NCBI GenBank assembly: GCA_000002445.1
Contig: CH464492.1
Location: 32,001 to 96,000, forward strand
Origin: Trypanosoma brucei
Lineage: Eukaryota
Length of the DNA stretch: 64,000 bases
Reading direction: 5' to 3'
In this document: positions 12,450 to 24,100 of the stretch, in pieces
Layout of the letters: every line of letters begins with the position of its first letter
Numbering within the stretch: the stretch's first letter is position 1
Notes under the pieces: generated by a model
Told to the model about the DNA's origin: nothing
The model's input: the letters and a program-made list of their open reading frames with translations, nothing else
The model's database searches: none
Made by a program: the position numbers and the translations under genes

Positions 12450-12549
12450 NNNNNNNNNNNNNNNNNNNNNNNNNNNNNNNNNNNNNNNNNNNNNNNNNNN
12501 NNNNNNNNNNNNNNNNNNNNNNNNNNNNNNNNNNNNNNNNNNNNNNNNN
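12450..12549. other. Scaffold gap (100 N). It may hide the 70-bp repeats of the 10390-11852 cassette.
   Basis: Run of n characters. Confidence 1.
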
Positions 12550-12715
12550 CCACTATCATAATAATTTCATATTTCCTATTCTAAATTTTTCCAATTTCTA
12601 CGTTTGTAAAGTTTTATAAAAGTGTCAAGATATATAAATTTAGAAAGCGTTAGCATATTTTTCAAAATAGCAAGTTTCATAAATTTTATAAAATAAGCAA
12701 AAAATCTTTGAAATT

Positions 12716-13683
12716 CTAAAATGTTGCAAAGATCATAAAAGCAGCAGCCATCAGAGCGAATTTCTTATTGACGAGAAAACTTCTATTTCAGTACTTTTAG
12801 GTATCCCTGTCGTTTTCACCATCTTTGCCATTTCTAAATGCACAATTTTGTTTGTCGCCTGTTTTGTCAACTAGGCAAGCCTCCTTATTGGTTCTGTGGC
12901 TTGCACACTCAGCTGTAGCTGCTGCTCCACCTGAAGCTCCTTCTACTGCTGCTCCTGCTGCTCCTGCTGCTGGGTTTTCTGTTTCTCCTTTAGGTTTGCG
13001 CTTGTTGTTCTCAGTATCATGATTACAACCAAGGGTTTGGCATCCCTCTGTACTTTTTTCTTTCCATAATTACACTTGCTTTGCGCCTCTTTTTTCCCAG
13101 TGTTTGTTGCTTTATTTTCTACCCGAGTTACTTCACTTAGGTCAGCAAGCTCGGCGTCTGCTAGTGGCAGCAGGCTGTATGCTAGTTTTCGTGCTGTCTC
13201 TAGCTGCGCTTCCAGTTCTTTTAGTTCGCTCTGCGCCTCTTCGTGTTGTTGTTGGAGTTTCGCAGCCTGCTGCAATTCCTTGATCCACTGTATTTTAGTA
13301 AACTTGCCTTGTGCTGTTTTTGTGTTGGCAGCGTACATGACACAAACTCCGTTGGTATCCGTGCCATCACAGCCTGTTTTGGAGAAATGCCCGAGGTAAA
13401 CATCTGTGGTCTTTGATTTTACTTGTGCTAAAAGCGCCACTAATTTGCTGTGGATTTCGGCTGTCGTGGGGCTGCTGATGTCTGGTTGCGGGCAGAGATT
13501 TAGCAGATTGGCCATTAGTTTGTGGCCGTTTGTGTCGAGCTTTAAGTTTGATTCCGTTTGCGACGATTCGCAGAACCGCTGGCTCTCACTGTCGTAGGCG
13601 CAGAGTAAGAGAATTAACTTGGCTATCTTATTTGCTTTGGCGTCTGTATTGGGCGCACCGCATCCTTTTCTGTGCCGGTGCAT
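12716..13683 (-). pseudogene. VSG: 5'-truncated VSG fragment: the distal N-domain plus the C-domain with an intact 23-aa-type GPI signal
   Basis: ORF 12943-13683 contains the conserved YLGHFSKTGCDGTDTNGVCVMY block only about 95 aa from its start, so roughly 180 aa of N-terminus and the signal peptide are missing. Hand translation of the end gives …SFLVNKKFALMAAAFMIFATF* with the stop at 12716-12718. Confidence 0.75.
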
Positions 13684-14817
13684 ATGTTTAATATGTCATT
13701 GAACGTTATGAAAGCCTGTTCCTCTATTGGTCTTAGTAACTTCCTGTAAACAGCCATTTGCTTGCCTGTCGCTTTTCCATACAACGCTCTGCCAGGATCG
13801 CTTGCCGCTGATCATCGCTTGACACCTTCTTTGCTTTCTCTTTCTAGTACGTCTCTCGATGACCAGGGGCTGTTGTCGCTTTGGATAAAGGGGATGGTTT
13901 CTGTGGTGAAGATGGGGGTTCGTTGTATCCCTTGATAGCCTGCTTCCAACTCCTCGTTCCTATTGAATTGTTCAGTTTTGCAATGGCCAAATAAGATTCC
14001 TTGGCTGCGGCTTCTGAGAGTTTCTTCGAGGCAGGACGTTGTGCTAGGTTGACGAGGTCACAAAGTTACAGGAAAAGGTGCGTGTGGTCGCTAGCCGCCA
14101 CTGCCTGACACCTATGTGTTTGGCATGCTATTAAAGCTATCGTTGCCAGGGTGGGCTGTAATAAGCGTGGCCTTTCCAACTGCATTACTGCGTTGCTGGC
14201 TTTTTTCCCTTTCTTTTTTGACTTGCTAAAGGTTTTAAACTGGTGTGTCCGTAGATGTTTTGATTTGAGATTAGCTTCCTGATTAATTTCTTGTTATTGT
14301 TGGAATGATTGTTTTATCACAATTCTATTTTCTGAAACAACGCTTTTGTTTTACGGTCTCTACAATGAATTTTTTTCCAGTCGCCAAACCCTCAGGACCA
14401 TGCAGTCTGTCCACTTGTGGGTAAGGAAGAAATGCATTTACGCACACCACGCCGCGAGAACATGGTGGTAGTGTGTGACTCAACGCTGGATACTGGCGTT
14501 CCTACCCACTAAAATCCCCTGTTTTTGGAGAATTGATACCCACGGGTGGGCGACCGCATGTGCGCGTGTCTAGGGGGGGTCTCCATTTGACGCCCATTCG
14601 ATCCCTCCCACATTGCGTCTGAACCATGTTTACCATATCCATTTGTCTCCCTGGACGGAAGTTGTATCAGGTATTTTTGGTTCCCACACCTGAGCAGGGT
14701 GCTGGACCGTAGAACACTAAGTATTGGTTTTCTCCCCACGGAGCGGTCGCATCATATCCGGTGTTGTGGCCGCTGTTTGAATGGAACATTTGGCTTTCTA
14801 GTTGATTTCTCTTCTCG

Positions 14818-14845
14818 TACTAGACCCTGGCGCCACGTTGAGGCA
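14818..14845 (-). mobile_element. Short relic matching the ingi/RIME/SIDER 5' signature (ACTAGACCCTGGCGCCACGTTGAGG)
   Basis: 24/27 identity to ACTGGACCCTGGCACCACGTTGAGG at the ingi 5' ends. The surrounding 14400-14900 shows no other homology. Confidence 0.3.
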
Positions 14846-14989
14846 TATCCATTCTTAGTGTAAGCTAAATACTCGCTGCCTTCGGGGATCGACCACGGTA
14901 CTATCTGCGACGAGCACTCTATTTCTCCACTTAACAACTAAAGCAGGGCTGCAAACCACGCGGGACAACCAAAAACACGGGAGAATGGA

Positions 14990-15800
14990 CCAACAACGCC
15001 GATGGTAAAGCTAAAACAGAGTTCCTAGACAGCACGTGCTCAGCGCTGCTAATACCGAAAGAACCCTCTTCAACGGAGCTACAACACAGGCTATCAGCAT
15101 TTCTGTACAAAGTAGACGGCGAGAAAGGCAGCACACAAACCTTCAACTTCGCATTCGCCGCAGTAGCAGGCACCGGCGACGGCTGCATCGGCAAAGTTAT
15201 AGGGATTTCTGGCTGATACGTCAAGTTGATGGAGAAAAAAATCAAGACAGCAGACCCAACATTAAAATGGCGGGTGCAGCTGCAGGAAGCGGCCGACGCA
15301 TGGGATGAACATCAGCATGCAAGAAGGCACCTGGAAGTTATAGCAAAAAAACCCAAACTAATAAACACAACAGCAGCGACATTGATATACATCAAAATAC
15401 CAAAGGCCATGAAGGATATAGGGAAGCCAACCGAAACCAAGCACACAAAAGGTTCAGTCCACTTCACTCACAAATCTAACATCACCTGCTCAGACAATAA
15501 CTGCAAATGGGATAACACCACAGAGAAGACAGGAAACCACTGCAAACCTAAAGATGATGCAGAGCAGACAAAGCAAGGAACGAAGGGAACTTTAGCGACG
15601 AATACTGAAGGGAAAAAGTGCTCTGAAAAGAAAAGTGAGGTCGAATGCAAATTTCCGGATTGTCAGTGGGAAGGAACAGAGCGTACAGATTACAGTATCA
15701 TTATAAATAGTAACATTTTCTCTTATTGTTGCTGCTCTTGCGAGTTTGACAACATGTTAGGTATACTAGCTCCATTTTACAAACAATTATGCAACTAATA
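14990..15800 (+). pseudogene. VSG: VSG 3' fragment (C-terminal domain) with frameshifts and a degenerate GPI signal
   Basis: ORF 15226-15798 carries cysteine-rich C-domain motifs (…CSDNNCKWDNTTEKTGNHCKPKDD…CKFPDCQWEGTE…). The alternative frame at the end gives FSLIVAALASLTTC*. Confidence 0.5.
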
Positions 15801-16024
15801 AAATTTGTTAAATTTGACAAATTTAAAATTTTTGATGAAAATGTGCAATTTTTTGAAAATTTTCGAATTTAACAAATTTGAAAATTTGATAAATATAGTA
15901 AATGTGCATAATAGTCACCTATTCTTAAAACAAAGCAGTGTGATAGGATGTGACAAGTTTCTTATTTGCTTATTTTACTTATTTTGTTTATTTAGTTTTT
16001 ATTAATTTATGAACATTAATTAGC

Positions 16025-16190
16025 GTTATAATAATAATAATAATAAGAGAGTGTTGTGAGTGTGTGTATACAAATATTATAATAATAATATTAATAATAA
16101 TAGTAATAATGATAATGATAATAGGAGAGTGTTGTGAGTGTGCATAAACTGATATTATAATGAGAGCAGTAATAATACTGAATGGATGGG
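16025..16190 (+). repeat. 70-bp repeats (about 2 units) in plus orientation, the 5' boundary of the cassette containing the intact VSG at 18282-19883
   Basis: ataataataataataagagagtgttgtgagtgtgtgtatac…gataataggagagtgttgtgagtgtgcataaactgatattataatgagagcagtaataatactg. Confidence 0.9.
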
Positions 16191-17137
16191 AAAGATGAAG
16201 GCACTGAAAATAATAAAAAAAGTGCAATGAGAATATGTTAGTGAAATCACAGTGAGTAAGTGAGGGAGCAATAAACACACAAAGAATATTATTATTAAAG
16301 GAAGTGCTAAAAACTGAGAAATAAATGTAGATGGAATAAGTGGAATTTCAAATATAACTATGACGATGGGCATAAAATATACAAAGAGATGTTGGAGAGA
16401 CAGAATACGGTATATAGGTATAATTGAATTGGTAGGTTATCCACAGCTATGGAGGTAGCAGAATAAAATGAACGAAAATACAGAAAACAACTGGATTTTG
16501 TAACCAGAAAAAAAGTACAATGACTAAAGAGGTGATTTGCTTCACATTTGACACATAAATATATAAATAATCGTGCAGAGATAGCGGTAGCATCAAGAAC
16601 AGTAGTTTATATATCTAACCTTATAGGAATTTTAAAATGAAATTAGGTGGAAGGAGTATTTGTCACAAGAAAATAATAAAATTACTGGCATATCTCAACA
16701 CATAAGTTAAACTATTTACTGCAATTGCTATAAAAATGCATAAAGAGGAACTTTGAATGCAGGAAAGAGCTGATTTAACGACTGCGCTGTGAATCATCAA
16801 GCTAATGTGTATGGCTAAAACTATAGATTCGTGCTCAAAGATAGGTTGCAGACACCGAGTATACTCTATTCAACAGATTCATCATAACAATATCGTGGGA
16901 TTACTTATATGAACATATTAGTCGTACTGCTCACTTTTTCCCTTACGGTTTCCACGTTATTCTTTTAACAGTCTCCAAATTTAAAGGTATGTTAGGGAAA
17001 TGAAATTTTATATCTTGAGAACTTTACTATTACTGTTGATATAACCTTTAGTGTGTTTAAGTGCAATATCCCTTCAATATACAGTGGATAGAATAACAAA
17101 TATGACACATAATAATACTACGTAACCCAGAATTATT

Positions 17138-17614
17138 GTGATTGTAGTTCAAACTCATGTAACTCAAGGATGGTATAGGCTCATATTGAGTGCCAAACTA
17201 AGCCGTGTTGAAATTGTTACAATTGCAATGGGAGGTTTGTACAGTCATGTTAAAAGGCCTAGATGGGTAATGGAATATTTAGAGAAACAGAATGCAAGTA
17301 ATGAGGATATTGTAATTCATTTGGATGGGTCTGATATTATAGTTAGTGATGAGGTGGGGTATAAGAATGCGGTGAAATATGTTATAAAAAATAGCGTAGC
17401 TAATGAAGATAAGTTTAGTGAAGAGGATAATCACAACGAGCTTGTGCAGAGATGTCTTTGGCTTTTTAATGTTGGTTACAGGAAAGAAGAGGATAAAAAG
17501 TTACCGCATTTACTGAAATCGCCTCCTAGTGGAAAACCCTATCTTAGTGATGGTGGTTTGATAGCCAGAGTATGGGCATTTAAGAAATTTAATATGCATT
17601 TGGAGAGTTACTAA
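17138..17614 (+). CDS. Conserved co-transposed-region ORF family, copy 2 (the longest and apparently intact, 158 aa). Function unknown, with weak glycosyltransferase-like motifs.
   Basis: MIVVQTHVTQGWYRLILSAKLSRVEIVTIAMGGLYSHVKRPRW…NEDIVIHLDGSDIIVSD…YRKEEDKKLPHLLKSPPSGKPYLSDGGLIARVWAFK. It is conserved at 8756-9311 and 32560-32792, with conserved flanks. Confidence 0.5.
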   Translation: MIVVQTHVTQGWYRLILSAKLSRVEIVTIAMGGLYSHVKRPRWVMEYLEKQNASNEDIVIHLDGSDIIVSDEVGYKNAVKYVIKNSVANEDKFSEEDNHNELVQRCLWLFNVGYRKEEDKKLPHLLKSPPSGKPYLSDGGLIARVWAFKKFNMHLESY

Positions 17615-18281
17615 AGGAAAGTGATGAAGGGTGGTCAGAGCAGAGTATTTACAAACCGTTGTTAATATGGAGTGCCATCCAGTAAGAAGCTGTTGGACAG
17701 AGATTTGTTTTGCGGAAAGGGATAATTGCATTGTATTATGAGGAGAGATTCTTTTTGATTCTGACTAATAGTGTGGCGAGTGGAGAGATGCTATTTATTT
17801 ATTTTGATGGACAGCCGATCGCGTGAAAAGAGAAAGCCAAGTTAATTGTGAAAAATCTTACTTTGTATGAAGAGTTAGAAAAAAAGGAATTTGGTTTGGC
17901 AGACTTGGGAAGAATTCAAACTCATACAAAAGATAAAAGGAAATGGGAATTTGGGTATTCGAATATTTGTACTGAAGCGGTTGAAGGCAGTGATTTGTTA
18001 AATGCCACAAAGCTGTGAAACTATACAAACTGTCAAAGATATCAGGACGTCCGAAACGAACGGCGATTAGCCGGGCCGGCGGGCACCAGTGGTTGGCAAA
18101 GGAAAAAACAGGGAACACCATGATTTCAAGAGCTATCCAATCGCATCCATAAAAGTGCTCCAGGCGCAACTGACAAAGCAACAGCAAGCGGCGCTAAACC
18201 TCAGCAGTAAAAAGCACCCTCCAAAGGAACAAAACAGCTCATCGATCGCAGTATTTCAGGTTTATTTTTCTTTTCTGTGGA

Positions 18282-19883
18282 GTGGAAAAGCAGTTAGCAA
18301 GTCGACAGTTGCGTATTCGGATGACCCCAACACCTAAAGCAACGGCGGAACTACAGCGCATCTTGATTCTATACATCGGTGTGCTGTTCTTTGGCCTCAA
18401 CCTAGTAGAGGCCGCCACCGACGCCAACGCCGCACAACACCGCGTGATGTGTCTTCTCACCGCACTAGCCAACACCCCCATCAAGCAAGCAGAAATAACA
18501 GGCAGTGGCGGTTCCGCAAGAGAGACAATCAGTGCGTTGAACGTAACAACGAGCTCAAGCGAGTGGCAAAAAATCTTTGACACCAGTCTCAGCCGGGAAG
18601 CAGGCACAAACTTCCCAGAGACGCTCAAAGACAAGCCGTACGCAGACATCTGGAAAGCGAACTGGGCGTCATGGTGGAAAGCAGCAAAGCATGCCAAAAA
18701 CACTAACATTGGCCAGCCAACACACGACCTATACAAGCCCATCTCATCAGCAATACAAAAAGCAGCCGCAAACAAGAAGATACGGCAACTAGCACTACAA
18801 GCAGAAACCTTAGGTCGAATGTACGACGAAGCGGCGCAACAGGCAACAAGTACCCAAAAGCAACTAGCGCAAACAAAATTAACAGCAGCGCTGTACGGAG
18901 GCGACGGCAGCAAAGCAACACCAGGAACAGACCACACCCGCAAAGCATTTACAACCTGGGACGCCGCATGCACAGGAGACGAAAATGGCAAATCAATCGT
19001 AGGCGACTTTTTCTGCCTTTGTGCCCCAAAAGACGGGACAACGAAAGAATGTGCTGATGGTTACGCCCCGACGCGCTGGGACGCCACCATAGCAGACCCA
19101 GCGGCGGAGTGGAAAAAGCTACAGACGTCTTGCCCAACTGCTAAGCTCAGCAGCGCCAAAGAGCATGATATAAGAATGGCCATAGGAGCGTTCCTACAAG
19201 CCTTGACTACCAGAACTCAAGGCGGCACAACAAAAACTTACCTAGGGAGCAGCGACACAGGCGCATGCGACGGGACAAGCAGCAAGCTATGCGTCGATTA
19301 CACCGGCTACTTCAGCAAGCAAGCAGGTAAAACCTACAAAGATATACCATGGCTCAAATCCCTCGAAGATGCGGTTACGGCCCTAGAAAACATGCACAAG
19401 CAGGAAGAAAAAGCAAATAACCTCGACGCGCAGCTGGCAAACCTGCTGAAACAAGCCAATCTTATCTACGCCGCTGCATTAAACGGCGACTTGATGACCG
19501 AGACAGCGGTCAAAGCCGAAGTTGTTCCTGAAGGGAACCCAAGACAAAATGTAAACTGCGCGCAGCATGACAACAACAAAACTTGCGTTTCTCCATGCAA
19601 GTGGGAATCTAAAGGCGACAAAGGAACATGCAAATTAGATGAAAGCAAAGTTACAACTCAGACAAATACAGAAAGAACAGGAACAGGAGATGGCGCAGCA
19701 AAACATGGAGTAAATTGCTCTAGCCATGCAACCAAGGAGGCATGCGAGGGATTCCAAGGAACTTCAGTCCCAGGCAAAAAAGCTGTTTGTGGCTGGATTG
19801 AAGGCAAATGTCAGGATTCCAGTTTTCTTGTAAACAAAAAATTCGCCCTCATGGTTTCTGCATTTGTGGCCATGCTTTTCTAA
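18282..19883 (+). CDS. VSG: Intact VSG (533 aa) with a signal peptide, N-domain, C-domain and canonical 23-aa GPI signal
   Basis: …MTPTPKATAELQRILILYIGVLFFGLNLVEAATDANAAQH…CGWIEGKCQDSSFLVNKKFALMVSAFVAMLF*. The 16-mer lies 37 bp downstream. Confidence 0.92.
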   Translation: MEKQLASRQLRIRMTPTPKATAELQRILILYIGVLFFGLNLVEAATDANAAQHRVMCLLTALANTPIKQAEITGSGGSARETISALNVTTSSSEWQKIFDTSLSREAGTNFPETLKDKPYADIWKANWASWWKAAKHAKNTNIGQPTHDLYKPISSAIQKAAANKKIRQLALQAETLGRMYDEAAQQATSTQKQLAQTKLTAALYGGDGSKATPGTDHTRKAFTTWDAACTGDENGKSIVGDFFCLCAPKDGTTKECADGYAPTRWDATIADPAAEWKKLQTSCPTAKLSSAKEHDIRMAIGAFLQALTTRTQGGTTKTYLGSSDTGACDGTSSKLCVDYTGYFSKQAGKTYKDIPWLKSLEDAVTALENMHKQEEKANNLDAQLANLLKQANLIYAAALNGDLMTETAVKAEVVPEGNPRQNVNCAQHDNNKTCVSPCKWESKGDKGTCKLDESKVTTQTNTERTGTGDGAAKHGVNCSSHATKEACEGFQGTSVPGKKAVCGWIEGKCQDSSFLVNKKFALMVSAFVAMLF

Positions 19884-19919
19884 AAGAATTTCCCTTCTTT
19901 TTAAAATAATTTTGCTGTT

Positions 19920-19935
19920 TGATATATTTTAACAC
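19920..19935 (+). promoter_or_regulatory. VSG 3'-UTR conserved 16-mer TGATATATTTTAACAC
   Basis: Exact match. Confidence 0.9.
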
Positions 19936-20039
19936 GTAAGTTACCTGGAAAAGTAATTAAATTTTTTGTCCCGGCTCCGCGTATAAAAATTTTTGCCGAC
20001 TAAAAATTTCTCCTTTTTTCTGTTGTTTTTTGTTTAAAA

Positions 20040-20300
20040 AACAAAAAGAAGGTAGGAGGAATGAAGGTAGGTTGGAGTTAGGGTTAGGGTTATTTTTTCT
20101 CTTAGCAATAAGTGTTTTTACCAGCACTTAACCGTAACGACTTTAGCTCTTTTTTTTAATCATGCGAGTCGCTCTTTTTTAATGCAACCCTAACCCTTAT
20201 TCTTCCACTCCCCCCCCCAACGCCCAACTCCGCTTAACTTTTTCACCTGCACCTTCGCCCGTATTTGTAACTTTTTTCTGCTTCTGTGGATTTCAGCTCT
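20040..20300. repeat. Small palindrome: VSG 3' flank, then GGTTGGAGTTAGGGTTAGGGTTA, about 80 bp of centre, then AACCCTAACCCTTA and an inverted degenerate flank
   Basis: TTAGGG x2 at 20076-20092 on the plus strand. The inverted CCCTAA x2 is at 20186-20199. CACCTGCAC and TTTGTAAC…TTTTCTGCTTCTG after 20220 resemble the reverse complement of the telomeric VSG 3' flank. Confidence 0.65.
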
Positions 20301-21180
20301 GCATTTTGAGCTGCGCGCGGTATCAATTTTTTTTAAAGCTGGAGCGCGGCCTATAACACCGCACGCAATTCTTTTACGCCGCCTCGCTGCAGTATCGGTG
20401 CGCCAAACAATTTTTGTTTTCAAAAAGAAAATAAAGGAAGGGGAAAATATTTGTGAGATGGCAATTATAAAGAGCAGAAATTAAGGAGCGATTAGACAAT
20501 CTGCTGCTGGCACCCAACGGCCAAAGACGATAAACTGCCAGAGGTACGTTTTTAACCCCTAAGCCGTCGAGGATAAAATGTGCACATTGAGTGAGAGAAA
20601 TCAAGAAGATAGAACAAAAAGAAGCGCGAACAGATGGAGACAAAAAAGAGAACTATTATTTTTTTTGAAATTTTCTTCGTGACTTCGTGAGAGTTTCTCC
20701 CCACTGGCGAGTCCATCAGCCATAACCGTAGAGCCATGAGATGCTATCGGTCTGGCGACTGTGGCAGAGTCTCCCTTTTTTATTCAGCCTAACACACCCT
20801 CTATAATTTTTTGTTGTAGCTCCGCAGTTGGACGGAATACAGCAGATGGAGCAGAAAGCCCCCCACCCCTGACTCTCCAAAAGATGTCAATTAACAGTCC
20901 TTTTGTTTTGATTTTTGTTATTCGTTTATTATTCTCTCCTCTTTCTCTTTCTGTTTTTGTTGCTTGTTGACAGCATACCCTCTCTGTCTCTGAGGGTGTC
21001 TGGACTATTCCTGCGTCCGGTGCTTTTCCTGCTGGCTCCACACTCGGCAATAAGGGGGGAAGCTGCAGAATGGAGAGTGGGTTGTATGACTGTTACATTA
21101 GGTGAGGACTTCACCTGCGGCCGGCTCCGTTCAACCGCAATAAGAAACTGCGCCAGCCTTTTAGAGAAACATATATCCTG

Positions 21181-24100
21181 CACACACACACTCACCTTCT
21201 ACCGCAAACCTAACACGTAACTCCTTCAAACCGGGACAGCTCATCAAGTGCAGCGACGTTTCTTCGCAGTCGCCGCGTTGGCTGGTAACAGCGCACTCTA
21301 CCTTCATACCTTGCATCTTCTTTTGATGTAGGGTGAGGCCAGTTTTGCTAGCACACTGCCTTCCGCATGTCGGGCATACCAACATGGATGTGTTTGTATG
21401 CGGGGAATCAGTGGCAAGCAATTTTGTGCTTTTGCTGCATTTAAGCTCGACTCCCTCACCTTTGTGGAAAGCCTTACAGTGTCGGATGAGGGAGTCCCTG
21501 CAACTGAGCATTTTTTGGCACACACCACACTGCACCTCGCCCTTCCCCGGGACGTCAACGTTTCCCTCACGGGCACGCTTACGAGGGAATTGCACCACCA
21601 CCACGGTACCGTCCTCCGTCACTATGCTCTTATGTTTGAATTTCTTGTGTAGTGACAGGGAAGAACGTGTACCGAAGCTCGCCTCGCACAGGTCACATTG
21701 AAACGGCAGCTTCCGTGTATCCTGAGAGGCTGGCGCTGCTGGGGCTCTACCATCTCCTTGCACTGAGTCCTCGTTCTCTCTCCCCCTTTTCACGCGGCAA
21801 CTACCGCTGCCTATGCCATGTATTGTTCTAAGGTGGTGTAATAGTCGGCCTAGCACTGCGAATATGGAGGCACAGATGGTACAATGAAGCACCTGCAGTC
21901 TCATCGGGACTCGTGTGCTCGATGGTAGAGGAACGATCGCCACCGCTGGAGGGGGCTCCGGGGGGATGTCCACTGCAGGTGTTGCATCGCCGTATTTGAT
22001 CCTCCGGAGGGCATCAGCTCGCACAAAGCCATGTTTGTTTACCATATGCGTTACAGCACTCGAGCGGCATTGGTATGTGGCATCACATTCCGTATATTAG
22101 GTCGGTTCGGAGGTTCTCTGAAGAGTGCGTGTCGCAACAGTTGGGGATGTTTGTATTGTGGGTCCTATTGCTTCATGTTTCGGGTTACACCATCGGCACT
22201 GTGGAGGCACACTCGGGTTGATATTTCGCAACATCCATCCATAGTGTCTTGAAGAACCAACCCGAAAGCGTGCCAGTGCCGTTTCTTCTTCCCTCGTCAG
22301 TTCTTCATTATGTTTTGTTGGAAAGTGGTTGCCCGTGATACCAAACCTATGAGTGTTCTCATGGACTTCTTCCGACCTAAGCACTCGCTTCGCATAAGCA
22401 ATGATGTCGGGGACCCATGTGTCTCGCAACTGTGGTAAATCAGCGGCCTTTTTGGCCATTTCATCGCAAACCTCATTCCGTTTCACGCCACAATGGCCAA
22501 ACAAAAATTGCAGTCGGATACGTATCTTCCTTCTCTGAACTTGAAGCAGAAGCCTCCATAGTCGTCTCAGAATTGGGTCCGTTACGGCTAGGGGGCCTGT
22601 CTGCAATGCTGTTAACATTGACAGCGAGTCAGAGAAGATGGACAACCTGCTCGGTGTGCTTCTGTATGCCGGAACCCATTTCAGCAGCCGTTGCAGTCCT
22701 ATCTCTAATGCTACGCATTCCGCTCTGTAACTTCATGAGAGTTCCCCTGCTCCGGTCTTGGGTGCGCAAATCAGCGTGTTGTTTCTATAGAGCAGGGCAG
22801 CTGCTCCGAACTTCTCACCGAGGGACAAAGATCCATCAGTCCACAATTCGTAGTGCTCTCGTCGCGGTGGCTCCTTCCCCCTCCGTGCAAAATGCCGTTC
22901 AATCCACTTTTCGGAAGCCTCCCTTTTGACATTGTTAGAGTCATCAGCGCACACAGGCTTTATCTGCGTGTGAAATAGCGGTCGGCAGCTGTGGCGGAGC
23001 GTCGATGTCTCTAGTGGGTTTTCGCGTGGCTCAATGCGGAGGTGAAGGTAGGACCGCATGATGCGGGAATGTGTGGCTCTGACTGGGTGTTTGCTGTGAT
23101 ATGCTTCCTCAGCACTGCGCCGCAAACATCCGCCTCGTGACTCACACATCAGCATGAATTTCATGCTGCGCACAAGAGTGGTCGTCTTGAGTGGCAGGAG
23201 GTTTGCTTCCAGCAGACAGTCCTCTTTGCTCGTCCCATGTGGTATGCCAGCTATGATGCGACTGACCTTGTGTTGCGCTGCTGCAAGGAGGTCGCGACTT
23301 CGTTCCGAAGCGTCCCAGTACCATACCTCAATGCCATACATGGTGTGTGCCTGTACGAGTGCTAGATAAAAAGCTCTCAGTACTTGTCGTCTTGGCCCCC
23401 ATGTAGAAGCTGAGATGGCTGCTATCTGCAGTAGTAGGAAGTCCATCTTGCGTCTCGTTTCTGCCGCATGTGTTGCCATCCCTTGCAGACACTGGAATGT
23501 TACTCCTAGAAGCTTCGGTGTCCTGTCAGCTCCTATTCTTTCGCCGTCCATTGTAATGTAAGGGGGTGGCGCTCTATACACCCGAAGAGTGTGCACTTCG
23601 TTTTCGCTACGTTGACAGACATGAAGTACTCTTTTGACCACTGTAACACCACGTTTAGGCCGCATTACAGCGTGTGGTTGATGACATCCCTCTCTGTGTG
23701 CCTCGCAAGTAGCGTCAGGTCATCTGCAAAGAATCCGTGCTGCAGTAACGGCACTTCTGCAAGGCGCTGGCTCAACGAGTTCATGACAATAATGAACATG
23801 ATTGGGCCAAGGACAGTTCCTTGTGGCACTCCTCGCTCAAATGTTCTGCTGCTGGAAAGCTTCTCCTTGAATCTCACTCTGCCAGTTCGGTTACTCAGAA
23901 ATGATACACACCACTTCACAATGTGGGGTGATACCTTCATTCTGTGCATTTCCCTCGCAATTTTGTCGTGGTCTACTGTATCGAATGCCTTCTCTTAGTC
24001 GACGAATACAGCACCTGTACGATATTGGTGCGTGGGACGGCAGAGGGCAGCGCGGACGTGCAGGAGGTGTTCGAGCGTTGAGCATCCGGGGCGAAAGCCT

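Noticed and set aside
14509-14739. 76-aa ORF (MGRKPILSVLRSS…) in the strand-switch region
   Set aside because: It shows no recognisable domain and has no second copy in the window, and the region looks like degenerate repeat relic. It could equally be non-coding.
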